Source of the DNA: Takakia lepidozioides
Lineage: Eukaryota; Plantae; Bryophyta
NCBI GenBank assembly: GCA_030704615.1
Contig: CM060733.1
Span: 65,658,001-65,722,000, forward strand
DNA: 64,000 nt
Reading direction: 5' to 3'
In this document: one piece after another, positions 50,421 to 61,327 of the stretch
Numbering within the stretch: the stretch's first letter is position 1
How the letters are laid out: each line of letters begins with the position of its first letter
Program-made: the position numbers and the translations under genes
Notes under the pieces: generated by a model
What the model saw: the letters and a program-made list of their open reading frames with translations, nothing else
The model's database searches: none
What the model was told of the DNA's origin: nothing

Positions 50421-51233
50421 ATACGTCTCTGGGGCTGCTCCCTTCTTTCTTTCTAGTCAATTGACCTCTGAATCCATATAAGATGAGTTCTCTCCCTGAT
50501 TTGCAGTTGATGTGCTATGGACTACTCACTAATCACATGTGGCGTTCCAACCTCCTGCAGGCGCAATTGCATACAACTTGTGGACTCTCTGAAGATAAGG
50601 GCAGGGACTCCATGCTAACAGCTTCCTACCATCTGCTGTACAATGTGTCAGAGCTCAGTCTCCCAGACATAAGGCCTGGTAATTTAACTCGAGAAAAGTA
50701 CAACTTTCAAGCAGGTATTCACCACGCTGCTTTTATATGCTCTTCTCTACAGCCTGCCATCTACTCTAGAACTCTTTACACTTTGCTACGCGTACCTGAT
50801 TCTAGATCACGTCCTCCCCCTCCTAAGTATATGCTGCCCTCATACCAGAGGACTATGTGCTCTCCAACTTTTGTTTTCTGCCATCTCAGTGCCAGACAGT
50901 ATCTGGGTCGTTTGCAAATATTTTTCCCTAGATGTAACACTCGAACATATCAGGATTCAATTCCAAGCTTACACTCTGCACAAAGTGCTCCCTGTACTAA
51001 CCCACGATACTCTTTCTCATGTTATCTACCACGTGATGATCACTTATCATATTACATTTCTCTTATACATGACACTGGAAACCACTGGCTCCTTGTGAAA
51101 CAAATACAGTCACACTCATGGTTCTTTACCCAAGTATTATTACACAGCGATCTCCCCAATCTTAAGACTATTTCTCGAACGATTGCCACTCAGTACACTA
51201 CCACTCTCTTTCACAAGATATTCGGAGCTACTG

Positions 51234-51434
51234 GCTACCTTGGGAAAATGCTACCTTGGGAAAATGCTACCTTGGGAAAATGCTACCTTGGGAAATTGTT
51301 ACCTTGGGAAAATGTTATCTTGGGAAAATGGTACCTTGGAAAAATGTTACCTTGGGAAAATGCTACCTTGTGGAAATGCTACCTTGCAAAAATGCTACCT
51401 TGGGAAAATGTTACCTCGGGAAACTGTTACCTCG
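51234..51434. repeat. 16-bp minisatellite GCTACCTTGGGAAAAT, ~12.5 copies
   Basis: Read directly. Confidence 0.95.
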
Positions 51435-51544
51435 AGCTCTTTCGGGTCTACTGGTTACCATGGGAAGGTCCTCCTCCCTACCTTTGCTATACAATGCACC
51501 CCACCTGCTGGGGTTCCTGCATTCCTCCTTCACAAGTTTATTTT

Positions 51545-51942
51545 ATCTACTGGCTCCCTGAGCCATACTCAATTTCACATCCACATTTCTCTCCCCAAGT
51601 CATGATTTTACATAGCGACCCACACAATTTCTATCCAGCTTATAATACATACGACATACGTATCTGTTTGATCTACTGGCTCCTTGAGCCATACTCAATT
51701 TCACATCCATATTCCTCTCTAGTCATGATTTTACATAGCGACCCATGCAATTTCTCTCCAGCTCATAATACGTATGACATACGTATTTGTTTTTACTTAC
51801 CAATACACTTCCCACAACATATACCCCACCCACAATATGCCGACCCATGCAATTTCTCTCCAGCTCATAATACAGACAACATATGTATCTGTTTTTGCTC
51901 ACCAGGGTACCACCCACGAAATATACCCCACCCACAATATGT
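51545..51942. repeat. Overlapping ~125-bp and ~100-bp tandem duplications
   Basis: ATCTACTGGCTCC.TGAGCCATACTCAATTTCACATCC twice; CGACCCA..CAATTTCT.TCCAGCT.ATAATAC three times. Confidence 0.85.
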
Positions 51943-53219
51943 CAACTTCCCCCAATCCACTCTACGCTATGCACCGGTCACTACCATCACACTACGTACC
52001 CACTACATAATTATTTCTCACCTGCCAGTATATCACCCATCATCACTGCCATCATCCAAACCCCCGCGATCCGTCATCCATCCACAACATTTATATACAT
52101 ACCTATGCCCACCCACCAGACCCATCAGACCAGGTAGGATGGGAGTATTGCAAGTGTTGTGGTGAGGGACTCAATATTCACTAGCAGCTCCAACCCATGC
52201 TCTGCTCGTCAGCTCTTTGATCATATAGACCCTCTACCACCTACCAGCCCTCAAGCTCTTAAAATCCTCTCCCATATATATCAACCATACCGCTTAACCC
52301 ACAGTCCGCATGGTAGAAACCCCATACACTTAGGGAGATCTAAACACTACCACCCCACGCCCTACATGCTCGGATATGTCCGTATACCATATCCCGCTCC
52401 ACTGTACCACCCAACTCACACCCGCCACCTAGCACACTCCTATAATCGCTACATGCTCACCCCTCATCATATCCCCCGCACTCACACTCCTCTCACCCAT
52501 AACCGACATCTCATCCAATTACAGATCCCTTCATCCGCATCTCTGCCCGAACTCATTCATCCGAATATGTCGCTCACTTATCCTATTTCCCCCACTCTAA
52601 TTAAATCTATATTCCCCACCCACCATACACTCTTATGAAATTTTTACCAACCCCATCATATGAGCTCCCGCACAACAAACCCCTTCCATGGCCACCGAAC
52701 GAATCCACACACTAATCTAAACTCAAAAAAATCCCCCCCACACACACAAGCAACCAGCTCCACTCGTACCCACTATGCTACCACCAAATCCATCCCCCTC
52801 ATACACCTTTTTAACAACTACCCCCCACGCACCCCTACCCCCGTTCCCTCAAAATCCAACTTATAACCCACTGCCCACATGGAGATATCACCAGAAACCT
52901 CTCGCATCTAAACATTCCTCTCACCATCCACCGTCCCACTTTTCTCTTCCATTTTTGGAGGTTTTTCGTAACGTTATAGAGCACCAAATTTTCATTGAAT
53001 CTTGTCATTTGTCATAGATTTTATTTTCCCCTTTCCTCATTTTAACCTCTCTGGTTTTTTCTTCCTTTTTGTCCTATGAGCACTATGTGTATTCCGCGGT
53101 CGTTATAATACCATTTCTTTCCAAATCTCATAGGGGGTACTTTTTAGCTATTTCACTGCTATTTCGGATGGGCAGCGTAAGTTCCTCTTCTTGGCACATT
53201 TTCCTCTTGGTGATGATCC

Positions 53220-53760
53220 AAATGTCTTCTCCCTTCGTTTTTGCGCTACTCTTTTCCTTTGTTTTGGATTGACATGCACTTACCTTTTTTATAGTTTACT
53301 TAGTATGTATCTTAATACCAAATTCCAAGGACAAGCCCTACTACACACACTAAGTTCTAGCGAGTGTGAGTCTTCTATATTTGTTTGTCCATTTCTTCCT
53401 TAAACCCACACCATAAAACCTTAACCTAATACCTAAACCTTTTGCCCTTACCCTAAACCCTAAGCCTTTACCCTTACCCTTCCCATTTTCCCTAAACCTA
53501 AGACCCTTATGGTTATTCAAATGTCTTCTCTCCTCATTTTGTCGCTCTCTTTTTCCTTTGTTTTGGATTGACATGGACTTTTATAGTTTGCTTGTCCGAT
53601 GCAATGACTCTTCCATAATATTTGTTTTTCCACTTTTATTTTATTTTCGACCATACTAACAACAGTAAGTTCGAGACTTCAATATTTGTTTGTCCATTTG
53701 TACCTTAAACCCTTGCCCTAAACCCTTGCCTTAAACCCAAAACCTTTATCCTTACCCTTA
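53220..53760. repeat. Two diverged ~300-bp units, each ending in degenerate telomere-like (CCCTAAA) repeats
   Basis: TTCCTTTGTTTTGGATTGACATG and ATATTTGTTTGTCCATTT occur twice; CCTAAACC variants at 53398-53505 and 53703-53760. Confidence 0.7.
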
Positions 53761-53849
53761 ATTTGGGATAGGGGGGGTACATCCATAGTATAAACCTGAA
53801 TATTCAGTGGTGCTGTTAGTATAAATATTACCAATGAGTTGTATGGCGT

Positions 53850-54760
53850 CAATTGGGTAACCAAGGTGTAAGTAGTCGTGCATGATCCAAAGATCCAAAG
53901 GCATTCTTAAAGTCAATGTATAGGAGGTAGATATCATCTTTAGTGAGTTTGGCGTCTTTTAATGCAGATAAAATATATTGTATTATGTGTTGCAGGTGGC
54001 GCGAAAGCCTTCTTGGGGGTCGCTGAGAATGCGGTGTTGCTCACCGTAGTTTGAGAGCATCGTGGTTAATGTGCTAGTGAAAAGTTTATAGATAGTGTTC
54101 GCAAGAGCTATAGGCCTGTAGTTGCTGAGATTTGGGGGATCGCCTTTCTTAAATAAGAGAATTGTACGGATATGTTTCTATGTGGGGGAATACGATGAAG
54201 ACGGTAACAGAGTTGGAAGAATTTAAAGAGAAGGGTGTGAAATTGGGGGTCTAATGCTTGAAGTATGGCGTTGGGGATAAGATCTGGACCAGGGGCCTTT
54301 GCTTTGGAGAGGGCTTTTAGGCAAGAATCGTATAGGTCCTTTGTAAAGGAGCTAAGGATACGGTCGTTGGGAGAGCCTTGTTTATCGAGGGAGAAACCAT
54401 CAAGGTCGTGCCAAGGGTAGTGTTTGACTTTACACATGTAATTGGGATTGTGTATGCTGGGGTGGAGGCAGTTCACGACGGTGGGTATGTGAGAGGAAGA
54501 GGCTTGGATCCAGATTTCATTTTTGATGTCTTCAGGGTTGGTTAACAGGTGGCCAAGTAGGTGTCTGAGGCAGTCTATGGGAGGGTTAAGCGCGGGGTTG
54601 AAGATGGCTTTGTGGGTTCTTTTGGGGTGGTCATGTAATAGTTGCCCAAAAGAAGAGATAAATTTCTTATGATTGGCAGTGGCTTTTTGTTTTGTTATAG
54701 TATAGGCGGCTTTTTTGGCATCACTGCCTAACTTGGATAAGGAGGCAATCCAAGTAGGGA
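53850..54760 (-). mobile_element. LINE RT fragment (RTE/RTEX-like)
   Basis: KAPGPDLIPN, KKGDP...NYRPIALANTIYKLFTS, QEGFR, YIDFKNAFGSLDH. Confidence 0.8.
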
Positions 54761-57653
54761 GAGTGGATGAGAAGAAAGAAAATCAAAGCAAAAAATTTAA
54801 AGGATGAGAAATGAAATGAAATGAAAAATGGTGCTTTATAACGTCCACGGAAAGGTCATAGAGAGGTTAGGGGAGAAAATGGAGGAAATTTACCTGAGAG
54901 ATGAAACTTCAGAAGAGGCAAATTGAAAACTTAGATAACAAGAGTGATTGGGTAAGGGTCCTCTTAGTGGAAGACTTCAGTGAGAGACAAGTTGGTTCTG
55001 CGGAACCAAATACAATCATTGAAAGAAGGACTAGAATTGGCAATTTTGTTTTCTGCAAAGAAAAATATTTTTATACGGAACTTAAAGTGGAATTGTGGTC
55101 CTGCCAGCCTCTTATGTTTTCGTGAACTGTATGTTTATTTGGCCAGACGCCCCCACACAGGTTTTTTTCCATTGAACAGTATGTGTACCCGGCCAGGGTC
55201 CACCACAGACGGATCAATAACCTCGAACGTCCACTGGACATTCGAGGTTGAGCGCAACAACAAAAGACTACAAAAAGAAGCCCCCGACGAAACCGACAAG
55301 TGCCATGAAGAGAAAGAGAAATTTATTTTTAAATCAAAGTACCGGAATTGACCTCAATATTTTGTTCTTGGACAACAACTCTTTCGCAAGAGTCACTTTC
55401 AGATTGAAGATTCACCTCCTCTAAATTTGCGCGTGCCTTCACTGCTTCCGCAACGGTGATTTTCTTGGTGCTATTCCTTGTCATATTCCTCCTTGGCGGC
55501 ATTGTCCACATGACGGAGTTCACGTGGATCCATTATGGAGGATCTGCGGAGTTATACTCCCAGAGTTTGGACCAGCAGTCCCTGTACCTCTCCAAGTCTG
55601 ATGGGATACCTCTTTTTTTCGGTCTCCACCACTCCACCCTGACCTTCTTAAAATTAGGATCCTCCCTTTCACGGACCACACCAGATATTGTCATCCCCAT
55701 CCAGACCGGGAATGTCACTGGGTCATGAGGTCGAACCAGCACAAAAAACCCTTCCTCAATATCCTTGAAATGATTCAATAGAATTCTCGGACGTTCACAC
55801 CTTGGGCCACAGTAAGGTTCTGGAATTTCATCCTCTTCTGCCATATCATCACTACAACAAATGAGCGTTTTTATGACTGCACATATGATTATTTTTTCAG
55901 TCCTATATGCGTTCATGACTACATCACTCTGTAGTGAAAAAAGCCTTGTCATAGCGACTAGTCTTTAGGACTGCATTTTGCAAGTCATAGCCGTGACTGC
56001 ATGCGTGGCACCTAGAGTCATGCATAAGAGAGTGATGTAGTTACAACTCTATGACTTACATGCGACTAACTATATGACTACATTGTCTGATGAGCGTTGC
56101 CTACATGGAGAGGCTTTAGAGGAACACGTGCACCACTGCGCAAGCAACACGTCACGACACCTGTTGCACTTCAGATGTGACATGTGGCACTTAGACATAA
56201 TATATGACTAGCATATATGGCAGGGTTTATGCCACGTGTCATCAAGAATGTCTCTGAAAATAATTTAATAGTTATATTTGTAATTTTAAATTCTTAAATT
56301 TATATTTTATTTTTGAAAATAGGGGATAGCAGCTAGGAAAATTTTATTAAATGGTATTATTGTTTAATTTAATAATGTTATATAAAATAAAAATAGATTA
56401 AATGATTTAAATTCTTCATTACACGGTGAAATTCTGATATAAAAAGAGAATGGACCCCTCTTGCATACTAGCAGCCACAAGGACATTCAAAATAGACAAG
56501 TTCAGGGGAATACACGCCGTGTAAATTATATTACAAAAATCCAAATGAGACCAATGTCCCAATGGACACCTCAAAGGCCACAAGGTCCAAAAATCCACGC
56601 CTGAAAAGGTCCAGTAAGCAAAAAATAAGCAAGCCCACACATGGGCTGAATTGTTGTAATACTAGTTTGTTCTAGTGCTACTAGAATCAAGGACCCTGAA
56701 GCGGGCAGAAGGGAAGACCCAGGCCCTGTCGGGGTTCAGCTGGCAGAAAAACAAGCTGCTGACAGCAACAACATGGAAGCAGAGTGGATACAAGTTGATT
56801 TTGACAAACCTGAGTCCATCAGACAAGGCATCAGAAGTCCCAAACAAAGAACACTGTGCAATATCTGTAATAACATGAGACACAGTCGTCACGTCACACG
56901 CTAACCCAACATGGGTCTTGGCAAACTTTCAGCAAAGCTGAATCAATCACAGAAGCAAAAAAAGGGGCAGGACCTCAAGGGAAGATGTATGGAGTACCTT
57001 TTGCAGTGATCAATGAGTACGTGGAAGGAGGAGAAGCTTACCCACTGCCAAGCACGGAGTACATGATGCAACCAACAGCACAAGTATCATGTCAATTCAC
57101 TCATAATGAGCTGGAGGCACTGGATGAGTTGGACGAGATATACCATATAAGTGATCACACTCCAATAAGACTACAACAACACCCCACATCAACATGTTGA
57201 CACGGGGAAGTGCAAAGAAGGCCAAAATAGGGGATGGGATGCCTATTCTGCAAAAATCCAGCCAAGACATCAAGGATTTAGGGCAAAAACATGGATTTGG
57301 TGAAGAAGAATGCATTGGCATGGACAACATCTACGGCTCAGCAGGGTTTGAGCGCCAACCAGAGATATTCATGGGAGAGGGTGACAAAAGTGAGGAAGAA
57401 GCCAAACTTATATTTTCCTCATTGTAGCATCCAACTGATGTCCCAGTTTTTTGTCCCTCACTGCTGGGGATTTAACAGATTGTTTAACTATCTGACAAAA
57501 TAATTTATGTAAGAGGTCACCTCAATATCAAGCAACTTTGTGTGCCATGCATTTATGGGGTTGGATTACTATCCATTATTGCAGGGGGAGCCATCAGAAA
57601 CATTTAAGAATAAGACAAGTGGCTAGCCACGCTGGTTGTCTGCCCAGACAAAC

Positions 57654-59676
57654 CTCAAGCTGGCGGAGAGTGTTTGGTGAAAGGCTCATCTCATTCTGCC
57701 CAGCAAAAGGACGAAATGAAGCCCCCAAGCATAGGACTTTCTCGAGTCCAAACTGTTTAAGGTAGCGCAAAGCGAGTGCCAATGCTTGCACAACTATGTC
57801 TGGCATTGCCATCACTGCTTGCATCCCAAGAACATCCATCCAGTTACAAATGCAAGCAGGGAGGGCAGGAGGCACATATCAGAGGAAGACATGGAGAGGA
57901 TTTATTGTGCCCAGCTCACCTGCAAGCCTTCATCCACCTTCTCCTCTTTGGGGGACATTTCTCCCTCTGAAGCAGTGCCTACCACACTTGAGTTTTGATT
58001 GGACTGGCTTCCATAAAAAGCGACCACCTCAGCAACAGCTCCCCCGTCTTTGAAGCAATCACGTGGCATGCGTTCAACACGAACCTCTGAGGCAGTCCCT
58101 GCAAATTCCATCAAAAGCTACACCCACAAATGCACTTAAGAACATCAACAAACTTCTTCTTACTGCCCTGCACAAGCTCCCAAATCCCTTATACACAAAA
58201 CCACAAAAGAGTAGGAATAATTGCAACAGCAACGCGGTATACCCACCTTTTCAGTTGCTGAAGCCAGAGGTGTTGCAAGGAAGAGCTCAGCTGGGGAACA
58301 TGTCAGCAACCGTGCCTCCAGCTCAGTACGCATCACCGTGTCCTTAAAATCTCCATACATAACATCCCCTGTTGCAGTCTCTACAGCCACAACCCCAAAC
58401 CGTGTATCAAAACTGCTTGCTTTTCTGTCTCCTTTTAACCCAAATCGCCCCCCCTCTTCAGCAGCAGCCATCTCACCCATTCTTCCGGGCAGTCCGACAC
58501 GTGCCTTGTTAGGGCTCCAGCCATGCAATAATGGCTGTTCTGCAATGCACATGAGATAGGTACTCAAGCGCCCAACCCTTCCCTGTGTCTCTCCTCCTAG
58601 ATCTTCAACAGCCTCAAGCGTTGCCCGGGTGTAGAGGGCCGAGAGATTACGGGTGAAAGGCCCAGTTTTGTTTGCCCCGTGTGCTTTGATTGCTTCTGTC
58701 TCTGTTTGTCTGACAACCCCAACTTTATACCCAGATTCCACAAGGCGCCGCACATGCACATGAAGTCTGAAAGTGGGAATGCTTGCTGTGAGAAAGTTGT
58801 GGTCATAGTGGGCAAAGATGCCCAGCACATGCGCGGCTGTCTCTGCATCACCTCCAAAGAACCGAAACTTATAGCCCACTTCAATTAGCAGCACCACATC
58901 TGGGTACCTACATCACCCAATGAAACAGTCTGTCTCAGTATTTGTCCATGGGTCTATTTATTCCATGGTCATTCACAAAACTGCAAAGTGGGCCAACGAT
59001 ATGGAACAGATATTCTCTCTTTAAAGTAACTGCAAGTTCAAAGGGCAATAAAACACTCCTCAAATATGAACTTGGCTAGAGAGTCCCAGAGGAATGTTCT
59101 AGCTATTAGGAAGAGGGTATGTACCTGGCCTTGAGTTCCACCACTTGCTGCTCAAGAGGGGTGTAAGTCACTTTTCCCAAGGACGGCTTTCCATACCAGG
59201 CCTCCTGCACCACACCATTCTGGTCGCTACGGGCCAATAACTTTTCAAAGAACTTCTTGTGCCGGACTGGATTAGAAGCAAGGACGGAGACCTGATTGAT
59301 ACTCTGAACTGAGGGTTTCTTGCGTACTCTGACTGGGTTGGCAGAAATCTGCAGGGACATATCTGGTTCTCCTTAAGGACATTGAGGGAGTCAAAGGTAT
59401 CTCCTCCTGGCTTGTGAAGTCTGGTTTCCAGCTCCTTAGAAGCTTTGTCCAGTACATTACAGTTGCTGACTCCAGTGTCCACCTCTCTCTGCTCCTTGAC
59501 TATGTTGTTGAAGTCACATGGATTGGGCTGTGACAATAGCTCGCTATTAGTTTTCGAGTTCTTAATATCCTCAGTTCCTGTACCCTGAGTAGCTCCATCA
59601 GACAGAGGTCTGTTGGAAAGAGTACGTTTCTTGTGACATGGAATAGCTGTTGAATCGACGTCACCCTCCCTCCCAC
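57654..59676 (-). pseudogene. MSH3: Captured MSH3 fragment (MutS domains I-II), 4 exons with introns: 59676-59125, 58907-58247, 58117-57920, 57818-57654
   Basis: YTPLEQQVVELKAR|YPDVVLLIEVGYKFRFFGGDAE...ASIPTFRLHVHVRRLV...GPFTRNLSALYTRATLE; GDVMYGDF; MSLSPNTLRQLE. Frameshift near 59360, last acceptor AG mutated to AA, no core or ATPase exons. Confidence 0.92.
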
Positions 59677-59912
59677 CTGCAACATACTTGATGGTCAAGA
59701 TACACAAATTTAATTGTTCCTGCTTTCCAAGCATACCCAGGCATACACAGTTAAAAATGTAGTCATTATGGAGCAGGACTAGAGTGGTTGCCCCTTCCCT
59801 CCGTGCTCCCCCAAGCCATAGTCAGAGATTGAAACACGCCTGCTAAGACCAAGCTGACTCTCCCAAGAACGGCGAGCTCGCTTCTCCTCATCTCCTCTCC
59901 TCCTCCTCTTCT

Positions 59913-59980
59913 CCTTCGTGCATCATTTGCTCAACGCCTCCATCCCACGCCCCTGCATATCCTGCTATCATCGCGTTCCA
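59913..59980 (-). pseudogene. Short PPR-motif fragment inside the Pack-CACTA
   Basis: Minus strand TGGAACGCGATGATAGCAGGATATGCA-GGGGCGTGGGATGGAGGCGTT-GAGCAAATGATGCACGAAGG (WNAMIAGYA..GRGMEA..EQMMHEG), similar to 62260-62340. Confidence 0.7.
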
Positions 59981-61327
59981 TCCCTCGGCTATGTGGTGTG
60001 GCGCAGGAGACAAAAAAACGCCAAGTCCCAACCCTCCTTTCTGTTCACGATTACCCTAATTGGCAACCTTATTAGCAACTTTTTAACTTTTTTAAACCTA
60101 ATGAGCAACCTTATTTGCATTATATGTGCCTTCAAAATGACACGTGTAGTGATGTAGTCGTATAAATAGAGCTGTGAAACCATCTTCAGTCATGGAGTCA
60201 TAATATTCCATGAAACGTCGTCCACGTGTAGTCAAACATATCACACTAGTCATATAAACCATCCCTGTCATCATGGTCAACAATTTTTGACCAATGCTCC
60301 CTAACTTTCCGGAGTTATGTAGTGATATCCATTACTACAAAGTCATAAAACTATGACTGCAATGCATTTCAGCGCTCTGTAGTCATCTACCTAGTGCAGT
60401 TTTTATGACTCCGCCAAAGCCGTAGTCCTAAAAACGCTCATCTCTTGTAGTGCATCCTTCGTCTGTGGTTGGATTCCATCTCTCCGGTGGTTGTTCAACC
60501 ATCTTGTTTCCGGCCAGAAACCTTCAAGAAGGTCAATCTTCTCGTCAGTCACCGGAATTGGCTTATTCGCGAGAATTTCTGATCGTATTGTTCCATTACA
60601 GCTCTGTAATGATCGTCAAGCAACATTCGTCCAGAAATCCCTGTATTTTTTTATTCCATTTTTTATGAAAGACTGTTTTCTGATGAGTCCTCCTTGCTTC
60701 CCCAGATCGGAGTTCTAGGAACAGCATCTGGTCATCTTCAGGGAGCTTGGGAGTCCCGTCAGGATTGGACTTCCACATCTTCACGCTGCTGTTCATTGGG
60801 AGCCAATCTGAATCAGTAGCTGACTTCTTATACTTCGTGATGGGCCAACCCTCCGCATCTACAAAAAACCTGAACACGTGCATCTCTGAAGTCCTGATCA
60901 GCTCTTCCTTTCCATCTAGTATACAACCTTTCACGAACTTCTTAAAGTCAAGATCCTCCTGAATAATTTGTGGAATGAATTGCAGGTCTTGCGAGATCAT
61001 GAATGACCTCATCAAATCCGGAAGAATGTAAGTGTTGCGTTCATTTAGCTTCTTCGATAGGTAGCTGAAGAAACCGTTGATATCCTCATGGGTATGGCCG
61101 ACCATGAGAAACCCTAGCTGGATCTCCTCAAAAACACCTTTGGCTGTGAGGAGGGACATGAAATCAAGCAATATCCATCTGTTCTTATTGTCCTTCGCGG
61201 AATTGTCCATTTGCAAGTAGAGTTGTCTCGGAAGCGGACGCGCACCCTGTTTGTCTTCTAGCCTACAGGGTTTCAAAGCATCCAAACATCTCGATTTCCC
61301 TCTCATGCCTCTTCTGGCTCTTCTGGG

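Larger units (their letters stand above)
55850..60452. mobile_element. Complete non-autonomous Pack-CACTA element (4603 bp)
   Basis: TIRs CACTACAACAAATGAGCGTTTTTA / TAAAAACGCTCATCTCTTGTAGTG; 3-bp TSD CAT (55847-55849, 60453-60455); ATGACT/AGTCAT subterminal repeats; no transposase. Confidence 0.95.

Noticed and set aside
50483-52165. 560-aa ORF, the longest in the track
   Set aside because: It runs through a 16-bp minisatellite and tandem duplications, has biased composition and no recognisable domain; probably open by chance.
53398-53760. True telomere or chromosome fusion site
   Set aside because: The repeats are short, degenerate and embedded in a larger duplicated unit.
57654-59676. Functional MSH3 gene
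   Set aside because: It lacks the start and all core/ATPase exons, has a frameshift and a broken acceptor, and lies inside CACTA TIRs.
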